Below, piece after piece: positions 26,600 to 40,800 of a DNA stretch of 64,000 bases. The notes under the pieces are model-generated. The model saw nothing but the letters and a program-made list of their open reading frames with translations. It was not told where the DNA came from and made no database searches. Origin of the DNA: Octopus sinensis (taxonomy: Eukaryota). A program made the position numbers and the translations under genes. Positions within the stretch are counted from its first letter, which is position 1, and each line of letters starts with the position of its first letter. The stretch spans positions 211,296,001 through 211,360,000 of the forward strand of contig NC_042997.1 of assembly GCF_006345805.1 (NCBI RefSeq). Direction: 5' to 3'.

Positions 26600-29500
26600 T
26601 ACAGGCATGACAGAAGTAAATAGACACCCTTATACACATTAAAATTAATTTAAATCTGAAATTATACATTCAAATCATTTGTTAATTATTATAATTGGCG
26701 TTAGGAAGGGCATCCAGCTGTAGAAACATTGCCAAATTAGACTGGAGCCTGGTACAGCCTTCTGGCTTCCCAGAACCCCGGTCGAACCGTCCAACCCATG
26801 CTAGCATGGAGAACGGACGTTAAACGACGATGATGATGATGATGATATAATGTGAATATTTTTCAACACAAGAACCCTATTAGGCATGTTACTGATCAGA
26901 TGATGAATATTCTCTCGAGGAATTTCTTGCCAAGTTCCAAACAGTAATCTCAAAAGATCTGGCTTTGAAGATGCTTTCCTGTTCTTTTTATGAAGTGTCC
27001 TGTCCAATATGTCCCAGAAGTGTCCAATGCGGTTCCTATCTGGTGACTGGCTTAGCCATCGAAGCTTTTTAACGCTATTCTCATTCAACAAATCTTGGAT
27101 CATTTTAGCCATGTGATAAGGAGCCCCATCTTCCATAATTAAAGAGTCTTCTTTAATCATTTCACCAGTGGAGAAGATTGGCAGGGGCCCTTTCTGCAAT
27201 ATGGACACATATTTATCTGAGTTTATGTTTCTCTCACACGCCACCAGTTCTAATCAACCATTGCTCTAAATTGCTTCCCAGACCATCACAGAAAAGCTGC
27301 CGTGTTTCATTGTCGGCTGCAATCTTTTCACATCAAATTCTTGATCACAGAGTCTCCAGACCCACACTTGACCACTGTCAGGAAATATAGCCAATCTGGA
27401 CTCATCAGAGAATATGACAGTGTCCCAAAATGCTAGTGGCCTCTCCACCATCTCACTGGCCCAATCTTTTCTCCACTTGATGTTGGCTGGTCAAAGAAGT
27501 GGCTTCCTTCTTGCTGCTCTGCCATAGTAGCCAAGTTTGTGGAGATACCTGACAGCTTTTCCGGGACTGACATCAACTTGTTCTGCTATGTCAGAGGTCT
27601 TGCAACGAGGATTATCCTCCACACTTCTCTTAGCAAAGAGAAGGGTCCTGTCAGAGGGCCCTGGTTGATCTGGGTGAGATAATGTGGGTTTCTTCACCTC
27701 TCTGGTGAATTGCTCAGTCATTCTATTAACTGTAGAAAGTAGGATTCCAAGATTTTACACTGACTATGTCCACCTTCAGAATTACCCATAATATGGCCTC
27801 TTTGAAATTCAGACATTTCCAAGGCTTCTTTTGTACATGGCATGATTAAGCAGTCATATATAGAACCTAAAACATAAAAATGTTAGTTAATAATAAAAGA
27901 TATAAACGTTTACAACTTAGAATAAACAAAAAAAAAAACGATGCTTTATAGGGTGTCTGTTTACTTCTGTCATGTTTGAGTATACACACACATGCATGCA
28001 CACATACACACACATTATTTGTTGGTGAACAAGGCAACCAATGGTTTCATGCGAAGATATCTTCACAATTGTTTAATTCTGCCACATGGAAGTATCAGTA
28101 CTCGTCTCCATCTCTTCGCATGAAACCACTGGTTGCCGTCTTAACCCACAAATAAAGAATATTTATTCACCAAAGCAATGTTGCACTCATTCTCACTGTT
28201 TCATATTAATGTATATATGTATGTATGGTTTACCTGAAGTTTCTCTTCCTCTCTTACTGTACTGACATTTGCATTAGGATGAGCCTGCAAAGAAAGGGGT
28301 TTAAATCGAGAGGTAAATGAAATTTCTTTTATCATAGCACAAGTTTGCAAGTTTAAAATATGAGAGTCTAGGAAGGCAAAGGATAATAATATAATGTGAA
28401 ATGATGAAAGGGAAAACCTGTAAATTACATCAGATGGATCTTGCTTCGTCTGAAGCGGCAGTAAACTATAATCAGAAAACGGTCTGGCAACTGGCAGAAA
28501 CATGTGCAGGGTTGCCAAGAGAATACGACTTCTTTATACAAGAACACAACATTGGTGCCAATTCTGCTGAATGGTCATTTGTCTTACCGTATAGAAAACA
28601 TGACACCGTCCCTTGCAAACAGAAAGGAACTTCATAACTGACACACACAATTTATTTCCCAATTAAGGTAATATTTTTTCTTGATCCTTCAAACAAACAG
28701 TTCCATATGAAAGAAAGCTCAGTGCACAAATGTCAAGACAAGGGGCAAGACAAAATCACTCATGCACGTACATGTGTGTGTGCCATCATCATCATCATCA
28801 CCATCATCACCATTTAACATCTGTCTTCCCTCCTAACATGATCCAAAGAGCCAGAGAACTGCATTGAACTCCAGTGTTTCTTTTGGCTTGGTTTCTAGGG
28901 CTGGATGCCCTCCCTGATGCCAATCACATTACACTAGCACTACAAAAGTCACCAGGTAACGAATCCTAACATACCTGAAGATTCTTCTTTGACAAGGCCA
29001 GCTCCGACAGAGCACTGGAGCCATGTAAAATGAAGTGTTTTACTCCAGCACAACAATATGTTAACCCCCACCTGGGAACTGAACTCATGATCTGGTGATT
29101 ACCATGAGTGCAACATTCCAGCCACTACACCACACGCCTTCACAATATATAGAGAGATGTCAAAATGCAAAAGCCTTACCAAGTGTTCGTCTAAAAGTCG
29201 CTGCATCATGGCACTCTTGTGTTTTTCGTGTTCTAATTTCCCTTGGAGTTGAGCATCTTTGATTTGAAGGTCATGGATGAGAGACTCCTTGTCATCCTGG
29301 TTTACAAAGCAACAACAACAACAACAGGGTCATATTAATGTAATTAAGGTTTTCTAATTGAGGTAGTAGGGAATAACGGCATCAAACACCTGGCCATTCT
29401 GTTCGATATTGACAGGGATCAGTGTGAAGCTGTATAGAGTAAGAAACTTTATAAGTACAGGTTACACACACACACACACACACAGATGTATCTTCATCTG

Positions 29501-31124
29501 GAAACTCTGCCAGAGGAGATGTGAGGAACTAATGCAGTCCTCCAGTTTATTGGCTCCTGTCAAACCATCCAAGCCAAGAAAAGATGATGATGAAATGGAG
29601 ATGAAGTGAGAACATGACTCCAGGGACAGTCAGCTACATCTCATCCTAAAACATATCATCATCATCATCTTTTAACGTCTGCTTTCCATACCGGCATGGG
29701 TCAGATGGTTTGATTGAAAACTGGTAAGTCGGGTTCCAATTTGATTTGGCAAGGTTTTTACAGCTGGATGCCCTTCCTAATGCCAGCCATTCCAAAAATT
29801 GATTGATTGCTTTTTACGTGCCACTGGCGCGGGTGTCATTGGCCTGACACTGACATCGGCCATAGTTACAATCTCACAAGGCTTGACAGGTCAATGCAAG
29901 CAGGGTATATTGCCAAGGGTGTTGGTCACCTGTCAGTGCCTCCATGAGACCCAATGCTTGATGGTGCCTTTTACGTGCCACCAGCATGGGTGCCAGTCAG
30001 ACAGCACTGGCATCAGCCACGGCTATGATTTCCCTCAGTTCAACAGGTCTTCACAAGCACAGCATAACACCCAACGACTGAAGGGTGCTTTCAAAGGGTC
30101 CAGCTACGTGGCACTGGCATTGGCCACAACTACAACCTCACTCAGCTTGACATCACTGTCCACACACCTATAGAACATGCCAGAGACTATACATTCCTTG
30201 ACCAATCGGTTCCCTTCGTTCCAGTCTGACTTGGTAATATACAAAGCACACTTTGATACTAAAAGATAAAAAATAAGGATCTGATTCAATTCAAACTGTA
30301 ATTAGCATCAATTAATTATTGACTTACATTTTGTGGTTTCTCAAAATTTCTCTGGAATATCTTGACTTTGTCTTTTTCCCGGCGTAGTTCAATCTCCAGG
30401 TCACTCTTTTGCAACTGCAAAGTCTTCAGATCACTTTCAAGACGTTCCTGAAAATACGAGCAGCATTAGGAGTGAAAAACATAATGGAAGTTTCCAAATA
30501 AATGAAGAGGAGGGTAAGGTTTACTAGTGCCAGCCCCTGTCAAACCATCCAACCCCCCCACGTCAGCAATGGGGAGGAGGATTAAAGTGTTGCCATGTTT
30601 TGCCACGTCAACATCACTCATCTGCCAAGACGATGATCTCTCCACTCCCTACCTTGTATTTGTTGTTATTTGGAATGGGGTGGGGGGGGTGTCACTGCAG
30701 CTCCTTCACCCATGTCCCCCCCCTTCTTTTTTAATGGCTTATGACCCTTCTGTTAACAGTCCTGGACTGGTTTACTGAACCCGCTGTTCCTTTTAATGTG
30801 AAACATTGAGTATTCCATAGAATGCTGTACTATTCTAGGCAACCCCCAGCCATCCCTATATCCAGCAGTTTATATCTAACTTCCCTACATTCAGTTTTCA
30901 TAGACCAACAGGTCCCAAACACTTCCACTTTCAAAAGGTCATCAATTCGCTTCCGTTGTTGTATTTACCTTGGCATGTTCTGCTGATAAAAGCTTCTCCT
31001 TGGTCTCTTCCTGTAAATTGTCTCTTTTATATTTGTTTTCTTGGAGAAGATGTTTCTGCTCAGCCAACACAGCTTTCATCTCTTCTTCCTGGCAGAAACA
31101 GAAATATATCAGAAACCATTTAAT

Positions 31125-31155
<31 letters not shown>

Positions 31156-34100
31156 GTTTAACGTCTGCTTTCCGTGCTGGCATGGGTTAGATGGTTTGAC
31201 TGAGGACCGGCAAGCCAAAAGGCTGAACCAGGCTCCTATCTGATCTGGCAAGGTCTCTACAGCTGGATGCCCTTCCTAATGCCAACCACTCTGAGAGTGT
31301 AGAGGGTGCTTTTTAGGTGCCACTGGCATGGGAGAGGAAAGGGAACAAATGAGAGAGTGGTTGCAGGAGGAGTTGTACAAATGGCGCTCCATCGGTTATA
31401 ATGACAAGAGTTCCAGTTGATCCGATCAACGGAACAGCCTGCTCATGAAATTAAAATGCAAGTGGCTGAGTACCCCACAGACACACATACCCTTGACATG
31501 GTTCTTAGGAAGATTCAGCATGACACAGAATATGACAAGGCTGGCTCTTTTCAATTACATGTCCTACATCCACCCTTCAACCCTCCCCGATCCTTACAGA
31601 TATTACCTACCTGTTTTTTCCTATTACCCTGTCTCTTGCCCCCAATCATTTCTACTCCCTTCGTACCTTTAGGGACCACCTAGACATCTCATTCCCACCA
31701 CTTATCTTTGCACAGCAACTACAGACTCTTTTTCATTCCCTCCTAAATGTGTGTAACCATATAACAACTCTTCTACAACAAGAACCTGTTCTGCCCCCAT
31801 TTCCATCTCTCACCCCACAACATAGACTGGTAGTTAGCGACTTCAGGATCAGGGCTAAATGGATGCCCAGAAGAAGACCAGCATGGAGGAGAAGGGTCTG
31901 GAAGCTTAAAGATCCTACCAAATGGACAGAGATTTAGGGACATATTACTTGAAGCCTTTGACGAAATAGAAGGGGATATAGCTTCACACGATGTAGAAGA
32001 CAACTGGAGGTTTCTACGGGACAAACTGCTGAGGGCCACTGACCAGATCTGTGGATGGTGCAAAGCCCCCTCTCGACCCAAAATAACGTGGTAGTGGAAC
32101 AATGTTGTTGACAAGGCTATTAGACAAAAGAAACAGGCTTGGAAGGACTGGAAGAACGGTGGTAGCAGGGAATTGTATCAGACTGCCAGAAGGGAAGCTA
32201 GGAGGCAGGTTTATTTAGCCAGAGGGGAAGCAGATAAGAAAAAATTTGCCAGTGTTCTGTGTTGTGAGGACCAAAGACTTGAAGTATTTCATGTTGCAAG
32301 ACAGTGTGTGAGAGAGAATCGTAATGTCATAGGAGAGAAATGTGTTCGCATGGATGATGGTTCACTTGCGCTAAATGAGGATGCAAAGAGAGAGGTTTGG
32401 AGATGCCACTATGAAAGGTTGCTCAATAAAGAAAATGAATGGGATAAAGAGAGTCTGCTGAATGTCAACCCAACATAGGGACCAGCTATCCGTGTTGACA
32501 GTACCTTGGTAGATAAAGTGATTAAGGGTATGAGGACAAGGAAAGCACCCGGCCCATCAGGAATTACTGCAGAGATGCTCAAAATATCTGGCAGAGTCAG
32601 CTATAGCCTAGTCACCCGTATTAGTTAACCAGGTGATACACGAAGGAGTGATACCCAATGACTGGTGTAGCAGCACTATAGTTAACTGCTACAAAAATAA
32701 AAGTGATACTTTAGATACGAATAATTACAGAGGTATCAAGTTGTTGGATCAGGTAATGAAGGTCACTACTTAGGGAGAGAGTCAGTTTGGATGAGATGCA
32801 GTTTGGTTTCGTGCCAGGGAAAAGCACCACTGATGCTATATTTCTGGTAAGACAGCTGCAGGAGAAATACCTAGCCAACGATAAACCCCTGTACCTGGCT
32901 TTCATTGACATGGAGAAAGCCTTTGACAGGGTCCCCCAATCCCTTATCTGGTGGTCAATGAGGAAACTAGGGATAGATGAATGGTTAATGAGAGATGTGC
33001 AAGCCAACTACAGGGACACTGTCAGAAAGGTAAGGATTGAAATCAAGTACAGTGAAGAATTCCGGATTCAGTCCTCATCCCCCTCCTATTTATCATAGTC
33101 CTCCAGGCAATAACAGAGGAATTCAAGATAGGATGCCCCTGAGAGCTCCTCTATGCTGATGACCTTGCTCTAATTGCTGAGTCACTATCAAAACTTGAGG
33201 AGAAGTTTCAGGTGTGGAAGCAAAGATTAGAATTGAAGGGCCTTAGAGTCAACCTAGCTAAAACCAAAGTCTTAAAAGTAGGAAGGCAGACAAACTACAA
33301 ATACCTTCAGGTAGATGGCCCTGTTCGATCTGTAGTAGAGGTGTAGGTAGAAACTCCATAAGATGTACCCAGTGTAAGCTATGGACACATAAGAGGTGCA
33401 GCAATATCAAAGGAAGGCTAACTGGGAAGATAGTTTTTGTATGTGGCAGATGTTCAGGAGCAATAAACATTGAAAATGTGCAGAGAACAACTTCCATCAC
33501 ATTCCAGGGAGAAAAACTACAAGTAGTTGATAGCTTCTGTTACCTAGGAGACCAAGTCAGCATTGGGGGTGGATGAACTGAGACCTTAGCTGCTAGAATA
33601 AGAATAGCTTGGGCAAAGTTCAGAGGCTCTTACCTCTACTGGCGACAAAGGGCCTCTCATTCAGAGTAAAAGGTAGACTGTAATGACACTTGTGTACAAA
33701 CAGCCATGCTACATGGCAGTGAAACATGGACCGTGACTGCTGAGGACATGTGTAAGCTTGCAAGGAATGAAACCTTGTCAGTGTGCATATACGACAGAGT
33801 GTAAGTGCCTTGAGAGAAAAGTTGGACCTAAGAAGCATCAGATGTGGAGTGCAAGAGAGACGACTTCGCTGGTATGGTCATGTGGTGAGAATGGATGAGG
33901 ATAGCTGAGTGGAAAAGTAGACTCAGGAAGACCTGGGATGAGATGGTGAAGCATGACCTTCAAACATTAGATATCACAGAGGCAATGGCAAGTGACCGGG
34001 ACCTCTGGAAATATGCTGTGCTTGAGAAGACTTGGCAAGCGCAAGTGAAACCATAACCTGTGGCCTATGCCAGTTGTGTAACCAGCCCACTAATGCGTAC

Positions 34101-37100
34101 CTTTCTTTCATTGGACTCTAAACTCTGATTGCAAAGACCTGTTGAGGTAAGTGAAATCGAAATCAAATTCACTGACATGGTTGATGACAGCACTGTATGA
34201 CTGGCATCCATGCTAGTGGAACACTAAGAGCACCATCTGATGTGATTGTTGCCAGGGCCACTGACTGGCTTCTGAGCCAGCGGCATGTAAAAGGCATCAT
34301 TCAAGCATGAATGTTACCAGTGTCGCCTTACTGGCACTTGTGCCGGTGACACATGAAAAACAACATTCAAGAGAAGTCGTTGCCAGTGCTGCTGGACTGG
34401 CTCCTGTGCAGGTGGCTCTTAAAAAACACCCACTACACTCTTGGAGTGGTTGGTGTTAGGAAGGGCATCCAGCTGTAAAAACTCTGCCAGATAAGATTGG
34501 AGCCTGGTGCAGCCATCTGGTTTGCCAGTCCTCAACCCATGCCAACATGGAAAATGGACGATAAATAATGATGATGATATTTTAAACCTCTTCTGCTAGC
34601 ATAAAGCTGTCCCTCGGTTTTCATAGTCTTGTAAACAGCATGGCAACCTCATTGATGCTTGTGCCACATAAAAAGCACCCAGAACACAATGTGAAGAGTG
34701 GATGGCACTAACAAGAGCATTCTAGCTGTAGAAACCCTGTCAAAACAGACAGAGGAGCACAATGCAGTCCTCAGACCTGTTGGATCAAGTCAAAGCATCC
34801 GACCCATGCCAGCATGTAAAGTGGATGTTAAATGAGGAGGATGAGGATGATGATCTTTAGGAAATAACTGATTTTCTGGGGATGGGGCGGTACAATAGAA
34901 AAAACAATAACAAAGTGAAACACAGGCCCCTAGCTGTCTTTCGAGGGTCACAATATTCTGACGTTTTTCTTAACTGCTTTTGTTTCTGTTTCATCATCAT
35001 CATCGTTTAACGTCCGTTTTCCATACTAGCACAGTTCGGATGGTTCGAACGGGGGTCTGGGAAGCCAGGAGGCTGCACCAGGCTCCAGTCTGATCTGGCA
35101 GTGTTTCTACAGCTGGATGCCCTTCCTAACGCCAACCACTCCAACAGTGTAGTGGGTGCTTTTTACATGCCACCGGCACAGGTATCACAAATTGCAACTA
35201 AACATTTGCAGGGGGAGAGAGAGAGGGTGTGTGTGTGTGTGTGTGCACGCATGCATATGCACTATATGAATATATAACACGCACACGCCCATGTGGATAC
35301 GATGCCTGACTATAAGTTTCCTTCAACCATAGCACAGCACACACAGCACATGTTCTATGCAGGCCATCTTATTGACCATCCCACAGCACTGGTACCACCT
35401 CACACTGCAGGTTCTCTGAGACTCACAAATACAAGAAGCAGTCATAAAACACTTCGTTTATAAGGGTTACATGAAAAACAATATCGCAATCTACACCTGG
35501 TGGAATTACAGGGAATCACTATTTCAGGGGAGAAAATCACTTCTATGTTCATATTTCTTATGTTGAGAAATCATTAAGAAAGACTGGAAAGAGCATTCAT
35601 ATATTTCCATATAATTATTTTATTAGAGCCTCTGGTAGTTGTGGATTGTACCATTTTGTCCTCTTTCTGAACTCTTCAGCATCATATAACTCGAGATTTT
35701 AAAATTAGTTAATCTAAATTCATTTCAAAGTTAAAAATGGTCTATTTGCGCCCCCCCCCCCCACACACACACTTCTAACAGTGGAGAAAAGAAGGGAAGA
35801 GAGATAGAAATAGAGGGAGAAAATCATTAACAATAACTTCATTGTAGCATAAACATTACAACAACAAGAACAGCAACAAATTAGAAAAAAGAAATTACCT
35901 TGTTTTGTAATTTTGAAATTTGTTTTTTAGCTGAAGATAAACAATCTTGAAGTTCCTAATTAAAAAGAAAATTAAAACAAAGATAATTATCATTATCATC
36001 ATCAGTTTTAATTGTATGTTAATCTGATTTACTTTACAATACAGGAAGCTGGGAGAGTAAGTCATCCTTTCCATCTGTAGATTGGACGGCATTTTGGGCA
36101 ATAGCTGGGCAACCCCTTAGCCTCCTGTACCCGGGATACAGGGAGGACATTGGATAACCAAGAAGGCAGAGGAGTCGTAGATCAATGGCTTGCAGGTTAT
36201 CATGGCCAAGTGGAAGATCTGTGCCAATGAGACAACTGTTGAGTGTCAACTAGGCAAATGAGGTGCTACTGGTGGGGACAGCCCTATCACTGACCTTCCT
36301 TGTTGTACTTTTGTACACCACTTAGTCCTTGGAGTAGAGGCCCAGAGAGGTAGTCTGGTGGTGGGGGGATAACTACCTTACACACCATCCACAGGTGTTT
36401 TGACCAGAAAACGTCTGAACAGAATAATCAACATCAACTGATAATGGTCAGCCATTGATAGCAACAGTAGTTTTACACATATTTCAGTGTCATCTCTCTC
36501 TGTCCTTCTCTCCTGGGGGTAGCATGTTTACAGAACCTCCCTCACTATTTCTGTCTCTGTTCAGCTATTGTATCATGGCCACCTCTATTTCTTCCACCTT
36601 CCCAATATTTCCCATAAACTCCCCCCCCTGTTCATCACTAACTACATTCACTTCTACCCTGCTTCCTCATCATTCCTTTCACACTCTTACCAACTCACCC
36701 ACCACCCACCCCAACCTCCTCATCTTCTATCTCTTCTACTCACCTTCTCGACCCAAAAGAATACACTCTGACACTTCTGCTACAACCATCTTTGTCTTCT
36801 TTCCAACTATTACCACCCACCCTTATATAACATTGGGTAGCTGTGTACCTCCTCTCGAGTGCTTAAACCCTCTACCATACTCTAACCCCTCAACACCTGC
36901 CATAAAGCCATCTTGCCCTCTACTACAACCTCCAATCAGTTGAGGGTTTTTTTTACCTTGTCTGGTGAATTACTTGGTAACCTCACCAATGCCAGAGCAT
37001 TGCGAAAAGGCACACAACACTTTCCCTAAAGAGACTGGTGTTAGGAAGTTGCACCCAGCCATAGAAACCCTGACCAAAACGGGAAATGATGAGGGCCACC

Positions 37101-37792
37101 AGCTGGTGCAGCTCCTGTCAAACCACCCAACTCATATCAGCATGGAAGATGGACGTTCAATGAGATGATAATGATGGATTAATGCATGCATAGGCATGCC
37201 TGCATGGGTCAGATGGACTTTACTGAGGCAGCCCTTCCTGCTGCTAACACTCACCTCTTTCAAAGCAAGGGTAATATTTTCCCAGACCTGGACAGAAGAT
37301 TGGAAACAAAGGGACACGGTTTGTATGATAGTGACACTCCTTTGCAAATGTTATAAGGACTCAGAAATTAATAACACTATGTGGAGACAGGGTCACAGCT
37401 AATGAATATTCGTTATGTGGAGACAGGGTCACAGCTAATGAATATTCATTATGTAGAGACAGGGTCACAGCTAATGAATATTCATTATGTGGAGACAAGG
37501 TCACAGCTAATGAATATTCATTATGTGGAGACAGGGTCACAGCTAATGAATATTCGTTATGTGGAGACAGGGTCACAGCTAATGAATATTCGTTATGTGG
37601 AGACAGGGTCACAGCTAATGAATATTCATGGTAAAACAAAAGAAACTTATTTCTTACTCTGTTTGTTGATTGTTCTTTCTCCAATTCCATTCTTAACTGG
37701 CTTATCAGTCTCTCTTGGTCATTGATTTTAAGTTGATGTAACCTGCAGACACGGAAAAAATACATAGAGATGTGTAACTTACAAGTTCGCAC

Positions 37793-37837
<45 letters not shown>

Positions 37838-40800
37838 CTAAAGTATATATGTATGTATGTATATATATATATAAATGATATTAGGGTAATAAGAATTATA
37901 GAAATTATTATTACCAGTGGCCTAGCACAAAAAAAAGTCAGTAGACTATATATTATTCACATAAAAATATTGTGTACATTAAAACACATTAAGAGGTTTC
38001 CAAATAGGAAACATTTCTAATTTTCAATCATCATCATCATCATCATCATCATTTAACGTCCGCTTTCCATCCTAGCATGGGTTGGACGGTTCAACCGGGG
38101 TCTGGGAAGCCAGGGGCTGCACCAAGCTCCAGTTTGATCTGGCAGTGTTTCTGCAGCTGGATGCCCTTCCTAACGCCAACCACTCCGCGAGAGTAGTGGG
38201 TGCTTTTTACGTGCCACCTGCACAGGTGCCAGAGGGGTCTGGCATCGGCCACGATCGGTTGGTGCTTTTTATGTGCCACCGGCACAGAAGCCAGTCGAGG
38301 TGGGGCTGGCATCGGCCACGTTCGGATGGTGCTTTTTATGTGCCACCGGCACAGAAGCCATTTGAGGCGGGGTTGGCATCGGTCACGTTCGGATGGTGCT
38401 TTTTATGTGCCACCGGCACAGAAGCCAGTCGAGGCGGCACTGGCAATGGCCACGTTCGGATGGTGCTTTTTATGTGCCACCGGCACATTCATAATTAGTG
38501 GTTTGAGTTTTCTACTGCTCTTTCTATCACAAGGCTTTCCTACATATACATAAAGTACATACACACACATATATATAATCTATACAAAGAATAAACTCCA
38601 TAAAGGAACACATTGTGACAACCAGTGTTAGATGAGATCATTTGATAGTCTGGACCACACCCACATATTAGTCTCAGATTTTGGCACATGGGTAGCAGGT
38701 TCAGGGAAGGGAGTGAGTTAGTTACATTGACCCCAGTGCACAACTGGTACATATTTTATCGACCCTGAATGGATGAAAGGCAAAGTCACCCTCAGCAGAA
38801 TTTGAACTCAGAATGAAAAGACAGATGAAATGCTGCTAAGCGTTTTGCCTGGTGTGCTAATGATTCTGCCAGCTCGTTAACTTAGATACACACACATAAT
38901 GAATGATGATTGCAGAACTTTTAATGAAGCTCAAAGCAAGAAAAGGCAAAGTGGTTCCCTGTTGGATTTGAACTCAGAACCCAACGGTACATAAGTAAAT
39001 AGTGCAAGATATTGAGACCAGTCTTGTGATTCTAACACTTCCCAAAATCCTTGCAATTGAGAAAAGAAACATTAGGCGCAGGAATGGCAATGGGGTAAGT
39101 AGCTTGCTTACCAACCACATGGTTCCGGGTTCAGTTCCACTGCATGGCACCTTGGGCAGGTGTTTTCTTCTATAGCCTTGGGCTGATCAAAGCCTTCTGA
39201 GTGGATTTGGTAGATGGAAACTGAAAGAAGCTCATCGTATATATGTGTGTGTGTGTGCAAGTGTGCGTGTGTATGTTTGTGTGTCTGTGTTTGTCTGTCC
39301 ACCATTGCTTGACAACCGATGTTGGTGTGTTTACGTCCCCGTAATTTAGCGGTTCGGCAAAAGAGACCGTTAGAATAAGTACTAGGCTTACAAAGAATAC
39401 GACCTGGGGTCGATTTGTTCGACTAAAGGCAGTGCTCCAGTATGGCCGCAGTCAAATGATTGAAACAAGTGAAAGAATAATAAAAGAACGGCACCTGTCC
39501 ATATTCTTCAGCCTCTCCTGGTAAGTGGCCAAATCATGTTTCAGGCCGTCCCGTTCCCCTTGCACTTGAACCAAGTCCTGCTCACGTTTATCCCGTTCTT
39601 CCTGAAGTCTTTTAAGATTATCATTCATCTGCCGTTTTTCTAAGCTGGAAGTATTTTCTTTCAACTCCATCTGATGCTGGATGTCTTTTGTCAGCATCTC
39701 TGCAGTTTTCTACAATGACAGGAAAATAAACAGGTGAAACTGAAAACCCCTCAAGTGTTCTCTTAATATTATCAAAACAAAGGCAGAGGAGAAAGCGAGG
39801 TCTTTAATGCTGCCACATATATAACATATGCTGAAATAATATCAGAAAAATTCTTCAGAAAGGTAGATACAGGTGTAGAATAATTATTGTATTATAAATA
39901 TAAATATCTATAAAAATATATGTAAATATGTATAAGTATAAATATATAATAATAATAATAATAATAATCTTAAACTGCTCTATTATTGCCGGGAGGAGGG
40001 GCCTGAGAACCGATCCTACTTGTTCCGAGTTCTTCACTGTTTTCATTGCCAACCTTCACCTTACTGACAGCATCCCTATACATGCCTTGCACAGCTCTCA
40101 CTAACAATTCATCTATCCCTAGTTATCAAACTGACCACCAAATAATGGATCAGGAACCCTGCCAAAGGCTTTCTTCATGTCAATGAAAGCCAGGTACAGA
40201 GGTTTATCTTTGGCCAGGTAGTGAGAGCAAAGCATGCCATCAAAGTGGTAGTGGGGTGTGTGTGTGTGACATGGGTAGTGGTAGTGGTGTGGGTAGATGG
40301 GGTGGACTTAAATGGTGGCAGTGGGGGTGGTGGAATACTGATAAAGGAAGTGATGGTTGTTCGGTGACCAAAAACAAATGATTCTATAATTATTTACCTT
40401 TCCTTCTTGCAATTCTTCAATGACTCGATGCAGTTCCACAGTCTCAGACAATTGCTTCTGGCTTCTTGACATCTTTAACTCAGACATTTCTTCCTGAAAA
40501 TAATAAAACACACGCAACAACTCAAACAATGGAAGTGATACGTTATACGGGGGGGAGAGGGTGGCACGTGCATATGAACATGTGTGTGTGTGTACATGTA
40601 TGGTTGAGTGAATATGTATGCCTGTGTAAGTGAGTGTATGTGTGCACATGTATGTACAAGTGTGTATATGTATAGGCATGTATAGCTGTGTGTGTGTGTA
40701 TATATATATATTGCCTCCCTGTTTATTTCTGTGTTCCTTTCTGTTGAAGAGCATAGGCTCGAAATGTAAAAGACTTTCTCACTTCCCCAGCGTTAAACTA

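Noticed and set aside
36450-36960. 163-aa ORF in a pyrimidine-rich block (similar blocks at 25090-25430, 53330-53650, 62810-63340)
   Set aside because: Low-complexity sequence with no recognisable motifs or splice support.
37361-37657. 12-aa repeat ORFs ([12 protein letters not shown] and antisense) continuing from exon E9
   Set aside because: A 36-bp unit stays in frame trivially, and a strong donor at 37658 ends the exon first.
38200-38490. CRISPR-like array of palindromic repeats with apparent spacers (also 20080-20310, 24700-24900, 25433-25678)
   Set aside because: The spacers are homologous to one another, the units belong to the RTE 3' UTR, the context is eukaryotic and there are no cas genes.
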